From Octopus bimaculoides (Eukaryota), in the NCBI RefSeq assembly GCF_001194135.2, contig NC_068981.1:193195339-193259338 (forward strand): DNA of 64,000 nt, read 5' to 3'. Below, piece by piece: positions 38,904 through 52,138 of the stretch; the stretch's first letter is position 1; every line of letters starts with the position of its first letter. A model generated the notes under the pieces. That model was not told where the DNA came from, made no database searches, and worked only from the letters and a program-made list of their open reading frames with translations. A program made the position numbers and the translations under genes.

Positions 38904-39987
38904 CCAGTACACTCTGTAAAGTGGTTGGTGTTAGGAAGGGCATCCAGTTGTAGAAACCATGTCATCAAAACAGACAAATGGAGCCTGGTGTTGCTCCTAG
39001 CCTTGCCAACTCTTGCCAAACTGTCCCACCCATGCCAGCATGGAGAATGGACATTAAATGATGATGAGGATGACCCACACTTCTACTATCACCACCATCA
39101 ATGTTGCTGTCAAATGAGCCACTACATGGTTGCTCAGTCTTTTAAAAATAGCAGCCAAACTTGATGAAGTCACATCTTATCAGCTTGAATAGGGAAGGAC
39201 ACAATGAACAATGCTAGAGAGAAGAACAGGGTTGTCATGGTCGGAACTGGAATGTCTTTCGTTATAAGTCTGCTCAATCGGGATTGACCAGGAGCTAAAT
39301 AACAACAGCAAAGAGACAATGAAAGAGTTCCTACAAGGATGCTCAACTTGCTAGAAATAGCAACTGATTTATCTTCTACTCACACTCCACTGTCATGAAA
39401 AGTAAAGAACATATTCTTTTTTTTTTTCTACTCTAGGCACAAAGCCTGAAATTTTTTTTGGGGGGGGGGGTAGTCAATTAGATTGACACCAGTGCGAAAC
39501 TGGTACTTAATTTATTGACTCCAAAAGGATGAAAGGCAAAATCGACCTTGGCAGAATTTGAACTCAGAACGCAAAGACAGATGAAATACTGCTAAGCATT
39601 TTGCCCGGCGTGCTAATGTTTCTTATTTCTTTACTACCCACAAAAGGCTACACACAGAGGGGACAAACAAGGACAGACAAATGGATTAAGTTGATTATAT
39701 CGACCCCAGTGTGTAACTGGTACTTAATTTATCGACCCCGAAAAGATGAAAGGCAAAGTAGACCTCGGTGGAATTGGAACTCAGAACGTAACGGCAGACG
39801 AAATACCACCAAGCATTTCACTCAGCATGCTAACGTTTCTGCCAGCTCGCCGCCTGAAGTAAAGAACATATTGAACAAAAGTGTTTTAGATCCATATAAA
39901 GACAGGCTGATCAAAACTTGTCTGCCTGAACAACAATGAAACAACAACAACAAAAGTTATAATGACACAACTGATAGAAATACTTAC

Positions 39988-40158
39988 CAAGTTCTTCATT
40001 CCCAACATCAATTTTATTGGTAACTTTTTCTGTTTTCTTTGTTGAATCAAAATCTTTGTCTTCAAAATTGGGAGATACAAGCAGCTCGAGAAACCGACTT
40101 TCAAAGTCTTCAGTTCTTATAGATTCTGTATCACTACATTCTTCAATTCTACCAATTT
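39988..40158 (-). CDS. Coding exon (171 nt, phase 1 to 1)
   Basis: Acceptor TTTTTATTACTTTTATCCATAG, donor G|GTAAGTA. Frame IGRIEECSDTESIRTEDFESRFLELLVSPNFEDKDFDSTKKTEKVTNKIDVGNEEL. Confidence 0.7.
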
Positions 40159-40423
40159 CTATGGATAAAAGTAATAAAAACAACTATTTTTGTTTATGTT
40201 ATAAAAGTTTAGAAACTTTGAGAGACGCGAAATAATTTGGTTTTAACTATAGAAATAGATAAATGTATAAATAATAGCAGGCTGAATATTGACCAGACAT
40301 GATTTTCATGGAGAACAAGAAATGAACAACATTTCGGCTATGATGGTAATGCTTGTTTGCAACCATCACATGATGTCATGACAAGGGTACATACACATAG
40401 ATGTATACATGTATACATACATA

Positions 40424-40636
40424 TGAGGGGATGCTGAAAAGTTCTGGCTTTGGGTCAAAGAAAATGCAGGAGGATAAGTTAATTATGATTTTATTCAGTA
40501 TATTTCCCCCTCAGAATCACACACTTATTATAGCAGTCCTTCAGTTTTTCTAAGCCCTGTTAAAGAACTCAGAAGCTTGGGCCTCCAACCAGGCTTTTCA
40601 CGATACCCTTAAAGTCAGAAACTTCACAGCACTTCC

Positions 40637-40637
<1 letters not shown>
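40424..40637. mobile_element. Mariner-derived MITE
   Basis: TA + TGAGGGGATGCTGAAAAGTTCTGGCTT left end and AAGTCAGAAACTTCACAGCACTTCCC right end (inverted). About 214 bp, non-coding. Confidence 0.65.
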
Positions 40638-40688
<51 letters not shown>

Positions 40689-40929
40689 GTTTAACGTCTG
40701 CTTTCCATGCTAGCATGGGTTGGACGATTTGACTGAGGACTGGTGAACCGGATGGCTGCACCAGGCTCCAATCTGATCTGGCAGAGTTTTTACAGCTGGA
40801 TGCCCTTCCTAACGCCAACCACTCTGAGAGTGTAATGGGTGCTTTTTATGTGCCACCAGCACGAGGGCTAGTCAGGCAGTACTGGCAACGACACATGCAC
40901 ACATACATATGCACAGATATATACACATA

Positions 40930-40964
<35 letters not shown>

Positions 40965-41366
40965 GCATATGTAACTATGTAATTATTCAGTTTTATTTTA
41001 AGATTTCCTGCCTATAGAGATAGAGCTGGTTTTTAACCTAGAACTAAGGCTTCTTCATTGGAGTTTCAACAACATAACAGGATATTTTTGTATGTTTGTT
41101 GTGAAACATTTTAAACAAATATTTGAATGAGCAGAACAACTATACAATAGAATTAGAGGAAAGGTAATGGTTGTAACTGGCCTTATGAATCTTAGGGCTT
41201 GAGACATCAATGTCCAGGGATTACTTCTTTTAAACTTATTTGCCTGATATACTTTTGATCCGAGATTTGTTTGATCAGGTTTCAATTGGTTTTAAGCAGC
41301 AACAACAACAATAGCAACTATTTTTCAGTGATCTTCAAGATATGGTATAAAGTTAAAACAATTTAC

Positions 41367-41498
41367 CATTTACTGGTGCCAAATCATCTGCGTGAAGTCT
41401 GTATTTATTAACTGGCTTGTGTATAAATTTCATTTTCTCATAGACTCTACTGTCCAGTCCATACAACGGGGTCCTCTTTAAATGTTCAAGATAATAAG
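41367..41498 (-). CDS. Coding exon (132 nt, phase 1 to 1)
   Basis: Acceptor ATTTATTTCTTGCTTCTAG, donor G|GTAAAT. Frame YYLEHLKRTPLYGLDSRVYEKMKFIHKPVNKYRLHADDLAPVN. Confidence 0.65.
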
Positions 41499-42097
41499 CT
41501 AGAAGCAAGAAATAAATGCAATCAGATGCAACCAAATACAATCCTGTAGTTGTGCATTTATATTGTAATTTACGCAATGGATTGTTAATTAATAGACAGG
41601 CATGAGCAAGACTAACAAACCACTCAAGTGTGCTATTGTGCTTTTGTCAGTTCATCTCCTATGAGATTGTCTTATCTTTTTATGACTTGATTAAAGACAT
41701 ATCTTTGTCAAAACAAAAATAGTACCAGCTCATTGTATATTTATCAAAATAATTTTTTTCTTATTTATTTATTCTTATATATGTGTGTTTTATGTATGAT
41801 TAACTACACCTAGGTCCATTACCTATATAAAAAATGAACTGTATCCATTCCATGCCATTCCAAACTTTGAAACCCTGTATACAACCAGCTACAGGCAAAT
41901 AATGAGATGCATTATTATCAGACCAAGCAAAACTGAGTTCTGAAAAGTTTCCTGGCAAGACACATCTGCACCAAAGGATACATCACAACCAGTTGTCGAA
42001 AATCTTGTGTGTGGGAGATGGTCCAAGATGGGTTGAAATGAATGTTATGATTAATAAAGTATCTTGTGGACTCCCTTTTCTCTTTCTCTCATTTGTT

Positions 42098-42139
<42 letters not shown>

Positions 42140-42140
<1 letters not shown>

Positions 42141-43185
42141 AAATCGAAGTGAGCAACATTGTACGAGTTGGCAGAGCTCCTCCAGAAGCACTCTCTTCCT
42201 AATGATCTCCTTTCCAGCCCCAAAACAGCTGGGCTCTCTTACCACAGAGAAGACCTGGATGGAAAGCACTTGACAAACAAAAAAAGTCTATGTATGGGTA
42301 TGTTGCCCGGAAGCTTGAAGAAAGCAGTAGCATTTACAAGAAGTACAACCTCTCTTGGACACAAGACCATTACACCACATTACACTTTGAAGGCTACATG
42401 TTTGCAATCCAGGAACAGGAAATTTCCACAAAGTACCTGGTGAACAAGAGAGACAGTAACGTTTTTATAATTCCAGGGTGCAACCACATGTGTAGGCTAT
42501 GTCATGTTTCTGTGGAAGACATCATGCACGTGATTAGCAGCTGTCCTAAAATGTCATCACGGTACTACTTTCCTGAGTGGCATAATGTTGTTGCTAAAAC
42601 AATTCACAATGCCATCCACAAAAAAGACTGTCCTGAAATAAACTTAGGAAATCCTTCTGTTATGGAATACATTTATAAACACCAACTCAAGGAATACTGG
42701 ATATTCCCATCAAACTTCTGTCAAATGTAAACATAACAGGCTGAATATTGTTGTTTGGGACATTGGGACAAAGGTATGTATTGTCAAAGAGGTCAGCTGC
42801 CCTTCAGATATAAATATCTCTTTGAAAATCAAAGAAAAAGAGGATATCTATGGACAACTGTTTCGAAACCTCCAGCTTTTATATCCAGACTATGAATTCA
42901 TATTCATACCGATAATAATCGGAGCACTAGGTTTTGTTAGTAAATGCTTAAAGCAGAATCTGGATAAACTGGGATTTTCTGAAAGAGAAACTGACTGGCT
43001 GATTCGTACATTACAAGTGAAATCTGTGAGTGGAACAGTAAAAATATGCAAGACTTTTCTCAAGTTCCAAATGTGTATTTTTCTGTGTTAACTACATCCC
43101 AAAGATGGAGCCTTGTATCTTTGTTGGAAACCAGCTCCCTCTTCAGTGGAAGATTTATAATAATTAAAAAATAGAAGAGACATAT
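42140..43185 (+). mobile_element. R4/Dong-type LINE, 5'-truncated, with CCHC zinc knuckle and PD-(D/E)xK restriction-like endonuclease
   Basis: CRLCHVSVEDIMHVISSCPKM (C-X2-C-X8-H-X4-C); HNRLNIVVWD...KEVSCPSD...KEKEDIYGQL...IPIIIGALG...GTVKICKTFLKF. One frameshift between ORFs 42290-42730 and 42822-43091. 3'-UTR-only copy at 51330-51440. Confidence 0.9.
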
Positions 43186-43655
43186 ATACAAACAAAAATA
43201 TCCCGTTGTTCATGTTGAAATTCTAGTGAAGGTTAAAAACTGGCTCTTCCTCTATTGGCAAGAAATTTTGAAATAAAACTGAACAATGAAATAAATACAT
43301 ACATACATGCATACATACATAGACACATACATAGATATAAATATATATATGTACACAAAGCAGTGTAAATCAGAACTGACATATATTTAAATATGACAAA
43401 GCCTTGCTGTGGGTGAACTAAACATTTACATACATCCTTTGTTCTCTCACAGTAAGGCTCTGTAGGATTTAAGTATATATATGCTTATCTGGGTGTTTGA
43501 CTGTATACCTGCCTGTCTGTCTGTCTAAATATGTATGTATATATATCATGTATATATCTGTGTGTGCTTTTGTGTATATATATATATATATATATTGCAT
43601 ATATGGTAAAGAAATATACATATAGTATATATGGGCAGTGCATGTATGTGTGTAT

Positions 43656-43696
<41 letters not shown>

Positions 43697-43706
43697 NNNN
43701 NNNNNN

Positions 43707-43749
<43 letters not shown>

Positions 43750-44141
43750 TCAGTGCATAACAACAGAAGGGTTACATTAGATGTTATCCAACAGCAAAAT
43801 ATCTTTATGGGACTTCACTATCAAATTACATATTAGTTTCTTCTAAAATACGCACACACACATATATCTATGCATATATATAGCTTCATTATTCTTTAAC
43901 TTTCTGCTCCACCCACCAGGTTTTGGTTTTTTGGTTTCTCTCTAAGAAAGACTATCTTTTAACTGAAATTCAACCATGAAATGCTGGAATTACTTGCATA
44001 CTTTTACAGTGTCTTTTTGAAATTCAGTATGTTAAAGTTGTTTACATTTGTTTATTTATTGTTTCGTCTCTCAGAAATCCCTGATTTTCAAGACAATTTT
44101 TATAGCATTTTTAAACACAACCAACTTTACCAATGTATGTT

Positions 44142-44182
<41 letters not shown>

Positions 44183-44992
44183 GTGCATGTTTGTATGTAT
44201 ATTTATGTGTGTGTGTGTGTGCATGTGTATGCGTATTTGTGTGTGCCCTTTCCATGACACTATGTGGGGGTTGGTGATGGGAATGGCATCTGACCATAGA
44301 AAATCTGCCTCAGTGAATTCTATCTGACCAAAACAAGCATGGAAAATTGGAAAAGCAATGATGAGGATGATGAGGATGACGACTAGGATAAGGATGATAG
44401 TTGCATGTCAGTCTATATCATCAGACAAGTATTTCATGCTTTTGTTACCATATTTCTGTTGAAATTCACTGCTATTACTTCAATTAATTTTGCAAATAAT
44501 GAAGAATTTAGTAGAACAACTTTATCAATATTTAGATGATGCTTGGAGCATAAATTAACATGAAATTTCAATGAAAGGTTTCACTTTAAATCACTTCAAA
44601 ACAGAAATTTAGACTCACAGAGACAGGTGCAGGTTCATGCTGATTAGTATTCAAAGGGTTAAAGAACTGAAAATATCTGTGACAATCTGCATTGCAACCC
44701 ATGTCATAGCCTAGGTCGTAAGTTAGGTCAGAAACTATCTCATTAGTAATGATTAATAAGCAATGATTATGACAATACAATTACTTGGTTTGTTGTTACG
44801 TATTTCTTTAAATCTCTCGTCCATGTACAATGCCAAGAGTTTATGGCTGGGGCCAGGGCAGGACATTTCTGAGTTGTTTACTTTCCTTGTCACAGATACC
44901 AGGGTACCTGTTTAAAGAAAGGGTAAGAAAATAGGGGCAAATTTTAATTTTAAAGCCAAAATGATGAGTAAATATAAAATAATTTCTTTGAA

Positions 44993-45036
<44 letters not shown>

Positions 45037-45483
45037 NNNNNNNNNNNNNNNNNNNNNNNNNNNNNNNNNNNNNNNNNNNNNNNNNNNNNNNNNNNNNNNN
45101 NNNNNNNNNNNNNNNNNNNNNNNNNNNNNNNNNNNNNNNNNNNNNNNNNNNNNNNNNNNNNNNNNNNNNNNNNNNNNNNNNNNNNNNNNNNNNNNNNNNN
45201 NNNNNNNNATGCATGCACACACACACACACATGCGCATGCACGCACGCACACACGCACGCACACACACACACGCACACACACACACACACACGTACACAC
45301 TCCACTCTCACACACATCGTGGACTTTGTAGTCATTGACAACAGATGAGGGTTCTGCAATTTTTTGCTCAACAACCTGCACAGATGATTCAGTTCCAGAG
45401 ATCAAATGTTTGTACTGTACTTTAACTCCCACACTCCATCAAATTGACATTTCCTGTATGTCATTTCAACATGCATAAACATA

Positions 45484-47678
45484 TAGAGGCATTAGACAAA
45501 ATAATGGAATCACCTTAAAATTTCAAACAAATTTATTTTAATATGAGTTAGGACTGCCTTTGGCAGTAATTACAGCTTGAGTTCTACGCGGTATGGACTC
45601 GTACAAAGTTTGAATTGTTTCCAAAGGGATTTTTGTCCATTCTTCAGCTAAAACAGTCTATAGTTCTTGTAGTAATGATGGTGGAGGATATTGACTCCTT
45701 TCTTTTTTTTCTAAAATACACCATAAATCATCATCATCATCATCATCGTCGTTTAACGTCCGCTTTCCATGCTAGCATGGGTTGGACGATTTGACTGAGG
45801 ACTGGTGAAACCGGATGGCAACACCAGGCTCCAATCTAATTTGGCAGAGTTTCTACAGCTGGATGCCCTTCCTAACGCCAACCACTCAGAGAGTGTAGTG
45901 GGTGCTTTTACGTGTCACCCNNNNNNNNNNNNNNNNNNNNNNNNNNNNNNNNNNNNNNNNNNNNNNNNNNNNNNNNNNNNNNNNNNNNNNNNNNNNNNNN
46001 NNNNNNNNNNNNNNNNNNNNNNNNNNNNNNNNNNNNNNNNNNNNNNNNNNNNNNNNNNNNNNNNNNNNNNNNNNNNNNNNNNNNNNNNNNNNNNNNNNNN
46101 NNNNNNNNNNNNNNNNNNNNNNNNNNNNNNNNNNNNNNNNNNNNNNNNNNNNNNNNNNNNNNNNNNNNNNNNNNNNNNNNNNNNNNNNNNNNNNNNNNNN
46201 NNNNNNNNNNNNNNNNNNNNNNNNNNNNNNNNNNNNNNNNNNNNNNNNNNNNNNNNNNNNNNNNNNNNNNNNNNNNNNNNNNNNNNNNNNNNNNNNNNNN
46301 NNNNNNNNNNNNNNNNNNNNNNNNNNNNNNNNNNNNNNNNNNNNNNNNNNNNNNNNNNNNNNNNNNNNNNNNNNNNNNNNNNNNNNNNNNNNNNNNNNNN
46401 NNNNNNNNNNNNNNNNNNNNNNNNNNNNNNNNNNNNNNNNNNNNNNNNNNNNNNNNNNAGGGTGTGGCACTTTTTCACGCAGCTATCCTCATCCATTCTC
46501 ACCACATGTCCATACCAGCGCAATCGTCTCTCTTGCACACCACAACTGATGCTTCTAATGTTCAGCTTTTCTCTCAAGATACTTACACTCTGACGGGTAT
46601 TCACATTGACATTACACATCCAACGGAGCATACTGGCATAAATATTCAATAATATTGAGATCTGGTGACTGTGGTCGCCACATAAGATGTTCATCTTCAC
46701 TAGAATGTCCCTTGTGCCATTCAGTAACAACTGTAGCTGTGTGAATTGGTGCATTATCATCCTGAAAGATTGCGTTTCCCTCTGGAAACAGTTCCACAAC
46801 CATAGGATGAATTTGATCAGATAAAATGCTTAAATAGTCTTAACTATTAATTCTGCCATAAAGGGAAACCATTGGGCAGCAGATTTCCAAGATATAGCCC
46901 CCCAGATCATCACAGATCCCCCTCCATGTTTAACAGTTGGAAGAAGGTAGTCTGGGTCAAATGCTTCTTTTGACTGTCTCTACAGGTATATTCAGCTGGT
47001 GGTCAAAAATAAGGTAAAGGATAAGTCGTCCAAGAAAATAACATTCTTCCACTGCTCTAGGGACCAATTCTGTAGATTTTTATCCCACTCTAAATGCTTT
47101 GCAACGTTTGTTTTTGAAAGTGGTGGTTTTCTGATTGCATCCCTTCCGTGAAATCTAGTAGTAAATTTGTGCAGCTCCCGGCAAAGAGTTTTTGTGGAAA
47201 CTGGGTTCTCGGGGTGGTCATTAAGATCTGCAGTAATTTTGGGAGCTGTACTTTTTTGATCCATTCTAACAATTCGTATAAGAGTCCGGCAATCCCTATC
47301 TGAAAGTTTTGGTTTTCTTCCAGAGTTTTGTTTCAACGAGGAGGTTTTTCCCTCTTTCTCAAAGGCTGTCATTACTTTCAAAACAGTACTTCTTGATATA
47401 CCAAACATTTTGCCAATTTTTGTTACGTTAGTGTCTACCATACGAGCACCAACAATTTGACCTCTTTGAATGTCTGATAGATATGTCATGTTAATGAATT
47501 TTAATTACCTTTTTCTGATGATATCTGAAAAGAAACAGCAATTTTAGCAAAACATGTTAAGCAACACTAATAATAAATCAAAAAACATAAAAATAAACAA
47601 GCTTTTGATGGTTTTATAAATATTTCAATATTATGATGCTATGATGATAGGTATTTCCATTATTTTGTCCAACCCCTG
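45484..47678 (-). mobile_element. Full-length Tc1 (DD34E-type) element, decayed, with a nested LINE insertion and gap at about 45728-46625
   Basis: TIRs CAGGGGTTGGACAAAATAATGGAAATACC (47678 end) / TAGAGGCATTAGACAAAATAATGGAATCACC (45484 end), TA on both sides. ORF 46992-47489 gives the paired-HTH and first D; IFQDDNAPIH and WRPQSPDLNIIE follow; C-terminus EEWTKIPLETIQTLYESIPRRTQAVITAKG lies at 45550-45720. Confidence 0.9.
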
Positions 47679-47710
47679 TATATACATACACTCATATAGG
47701 CAAACATATA

Positions 47711-47785
<75 letters not shown>

Positions 47786-48072
47786 ATATTCTCTCAGAGT
47801 GGTTGGAGTTAGGAAGGGCATTCAGCTGTAGAAACATTGCCAGATCAGATAGGAGTCTGGCTTTCCAGACCTCAGTCAAACCGTCCAAGCCATGCCAGCA
47901 TGGAAAATGGACATTAAACAATGATGACGATGATGATATATATATATGTATATGTATATATTTATTGCTATCTATCCATCTCAGTTTCTCTCTCCTTCTC
48001 TCTCTCTCTCTCTTCTGTATACACACAGACATACACAGATATACACACACATACACACACATATATGCATGT

Positions 48073-48114
<42 letters not shown>

Positions 48115-49101
48115 CAGGCTTCCACACAGTTTGTGTCTATCATGTTAACTCACAGGTACTTTTTCAGCCTGGAGCACTCGTGAAAGACACTTATCCAAGG
48201 TGCTACAGCATGGGACACAATCCCAAATCACATGGCTGCTAAGTGAGCTTCTTAACCACTCAACTGTCCCTGATGATACCATATGAAAGGTAGAATACAC
48301 ACTGAATATATTTCTATTTCTTTATTGCCCACAGGGGGCTAAACATAGAGGGGACAGACAAGGACAGACAAAGGGATTAAGTTGATTACATCGACCCCAG
48401 TGCATAACTGGTACTTATTTAATCAACCCCGAAAGGATGAAAAGCAAAGTTGACCTCGGTGGAATTTGAACTCAGAACATAATGGCAGACAAAATACTGC
48501 TAAGCATTTCACCTGGCATGCTAACGATTCTGCCAGCTCGCCACTCTGAATATATAGTTCCATCAGGTGTATGCAAAATTAAATATGCAAATCAATACAC
48601 TCAGGTGTGTCTATACTGTAATAAAGAAAGTTACTTATTAATTAATTTGGAACATGCAACTTTTACTAAAACAAAGCAATAGTTAAAGTCTCCACTGTGA
48701 AGAAAATTCTTTAAAATTGTAATTTTAGTATTTAAAAAAATTTTTTTTTATCAAACTGTGGTTTTGAAAATTTCAACTACAGAACACTAATTTTAATTCA
48801 CAATTCACAACGAGATTATATTTTTTAGCTCTGCAAAATAGCATTCCCTCTTTATCTTTTCACTCTCTCTTACTCTTCATGATACTACATTCTACAGACA
48901 TATCAGTAAAAACATTTTTCACATTATAAGTTCAATCCAGGCTCCTTTCATATTTGTTGGATGCTTTTGAAGAAAAAAAGCAGTTTTAATTCACTTACAT
49001 CAGCCGTACCAAATATAAGCTTGTAGATATGATTATGTACAAGAATTAATATTCTGGAAAAATTTGAATTGAAAATATTCTACAGAAGAAAGATATTTTA
49101 C

Positions 49102-49183
49102 TTGAATTTAATGTTTGTTTCTCAGATTCATTCTTTTGATTCTGTTCTGGATTGAAGAACTGTGTTAGATCACTGGGAGATTC
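49102..49183 (-). CDS. Coding exon (82 nt, phase 0 to 1)
   Basis: Acceptor TCTCTTTGTCTTCTTTTTGCAG, donor A|GTAAAA. Frame ESPSDLTQFFNPEQNQKNESEKQTLNS. Confidence 0.65.
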
Positions 49184-49999
49184 CTGCAAAAAGAAGACAA
49201 AGAGATGGATGTAAAAATATGTGATGTTGATTTAATAAAGTGAATCAGACTTAAAGTTCTCATTTTGGCAAATTGATGCATTCCATCATGATTGAATTTA
49301 TGTATTGTAAATCTGTTCCTGGAGAGACTGAGAATCTTGTACAGAAAACTTTACTTCTTAATGATACATCGAGTTCATCACCATCATCATCAGCAGCAGC
49401 AGCAACAGCAGCATTTTAACATCCCCTTGTTTGCATGGATTAAACAGAATTTATTAAGGCAGATTTTCTTCAATGAGATGTGCTTCTTGTTGCTAACCCT
49501 CATTTGTTTCTATGCAAGGGGATTTCTTCATGACTGGACATATTTGCATGGGAGATTGGAAATGAATGATACCATCCCTGCACATGCCACATTTACAATT
49601 CTAAGGCAATGACAAGTCAAAGAGGCATAGAGACATACACAGGTCATACACACACACACACGTACATACATAATACATACATGTGTGTGTATGTATATTG
49701 AGATTCTTTCAGTTTCCATCCACCAAATCTATTCACGAGACTTTGATCATGCTTGATTTACTGTAGAAGACATTTGCTCAAGGTGGTTCTTAAAAATGAG
49801 TAGCATCTATGAAGTGGTTAACATTAGGAAGGGCATCGAGCAGTAAAAACCATTGGCATACGATGTAGACTTTGGACCCACTACATACATCCTTCAAACT
49901 GTCCAGCCCATACAAATGTGGAAGGTAGACAACATAAGATGATGATGAGGATAATGATATATATATATGCGTGTGTGTGTGTGTGTGTATGTATATATA

Positions 50000-50770
50000 C
50001 ACAGACATGACAGAAGTAAATAGACACCCCATAAAACATCGTTTTGTGTTTGTTCTAATGTGTAAAGGTTTATATTTTTTTTATTAATTGACATTTTATG
50101 TTTCAAGTTCCTTATGTGACTGTTTAATCATGCCATGTACAAAAAAAGCCTTGGAACTGTCTGAATTTTAAAGAGGATGTATTGTGGGTCATTCTGAAGG
50201 TGGATATAGTCAGCATAAAATCTCAGAAAATCTTGGGATCCCACTTTCTACAGTTAATAGAGTGATTGTGCAATTCATCAGAGAGGGGAAGGAGTCCACA
50301 TCGCCTCACTTAGATCAAGCAGGGCTCTCTGAGAGGACCCTTCTCTTTGCTAATAGAAGTATGGAGGATAATCCTTGTTGCAAGGCCTCTGACATAGCAG
50401 AACAAGTTGATGTCAGTCCCAAAACAGCTGTAAGGTATATCCACAAACTTGTTTACTATTGCAGAACAGCAAGAAGGAAGCCACTTCTTCAACTAGCCGA
50501 CATCAAGTGGAGAAAAGATTGGGCCAGTGAGATGGTGGAGAGGCCACTAGCATTTTTGGACACTGTCATAGTCTCTGATGAGTCCAGATTTGCTGTTGCA
50601 TTCTGGACCACTGTTGCATTCTAACAGTGGTCGATTGTGATCAAGAATTTGGTGTGAAAAGATTGCAGCCAACAATGAAACACAGCAGCTACTCTGTGAT
50701 GGTCTGTGGAGCAGTTTGGAGCAATGGTTGATCAGAGCTGGTGGAGTGTGAGGGAAACATAAACTCAGAT
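50000..50770 (+). mobile_element. Tc1-type transposon, 5' portion (second family), 3'-truncated
   Basis: Translation from ATG 50130: [37 protein letters not shown]...TARRKPLL...VIVSDESRF...MVCGAVW. Confidence 0.85.
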
Positions 50771-51228
50771 TGGATGCTCCTCTATGGCCGACAACCTTAC
50801 AGAGTATAATGGGTGCTTTTTGTGTGGCACCAGTACTGGAGCATTTTTACATGGGGAAAAAATGAAATGATAGATACTTACAATGGTCTGGGTGTTGAAG
50901 GAGGTGGTGGTGGTGGTGGTGGTGGTAGTGGTGGCAGTGGTGGCGGTAGTCATATTTCTCACTGTAAATATTTACTATGGTTCTTGGTACTATTGTTTCA
51001 TGGCTCTCTAAATAAACATAGATTGTAAATAAAGTTAGTTAATAAGATTCAGTAAACATGATATTTTAGGATATTTAAAATATTTGGGTGAAAGCCCTGA
51101 ATCAAGAAAAGCCTTGTAAATGGATATGGTTGATGGAAACTGAAAGAAGCACATCATACATACATGCGTACATACATGCATACATACAAACATACATGCA
51201 TACATACATACATACATACATGCATGCA

Positions 51229-51262
<34 letters not shown>

Positions 51263-52138
51263 CATACACGTACATACATACTCATACATTACAAGTGCAA
51301 CCTGTGAGACTTTTCTCATGTTCTAAATGTGAATTTGTCTGTGTTAACCTACATCCCAAAGATGGAGCCTTGCATCTTTGTTGGAAACCTGCTCCCTCCT
51401 CAGCGGAAGATTTATAATAATTAAAAAATAGAAGAGACCCATACATACATACATACATACATACATACATACATACATACATGTGTGTGTGTGTCTGTAT
51501 ATCTATGTGTCTGTGTTTGTATGTGTGTGTGTGAGTGTGAATGAGCATATGTCTCTTTGTGTGCCTTTGTTGTAATACTCCGTGGTAGTTGTAAATGAGT
51601 GTTACTGTCATACAAGCAGTGTCATTCATTTCCAACATTTTGCATAAACATCTGGCCATGGAGAAATACACTTGGGAACAGATGAGTGTTAGTGACTGGA
51701 AAGGCATCCAGCTGTAGAAAAGTTGCCTCAACAAATTAAATATAAATTTAACACATTAAATTAACATGTAACATCTTCATCAATGCTGCCACTGAATTTA
51801 AGACGTTTATATCACTTATGAGGTATTCTATATTTTTCAGCTAGAGTGTAGTGGGGTTTCAAGGGGGTGGTACAAGCCTAACAATATGTGTTTTATAGTG
51901 AAAACAAAATTTCCATTCAAATGGCAATTACCGGACGATATCTGTTTGAGTCTGACCCTTTTAACTCGTAGTGGAAACATGACCTATGTCATAAATAGGC
52001 ATGCAGATATTGTATAAATTTTATAATTGAAAAATTTACTACATTTTATACATGCGAGTATATCAGCCTGCGGGTGCAATAAAATCTGCTTGTGGGGGTT
52101 TCCCCACCCTTACATTAGATGATGGTGAGTATATAATA

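Noticed and set aside
44900-44926. Plus-strand micro-exon (CAG|ATACC...AGG|GTAAG)
   Set aside because: The donor-side sequence recurs at about 56735-56790 within repeat-derived DNA, and no other plus-strand exons were found.
45300-45432. Minus-strand exon VVEQKIAEPSSVVNDYKVHD
   Set aside because: The best splice sites give phase 0-0, which does not fit the phase-1 junction of the neighbouring exons. It is also adjacent to a gap and a microsatellite.
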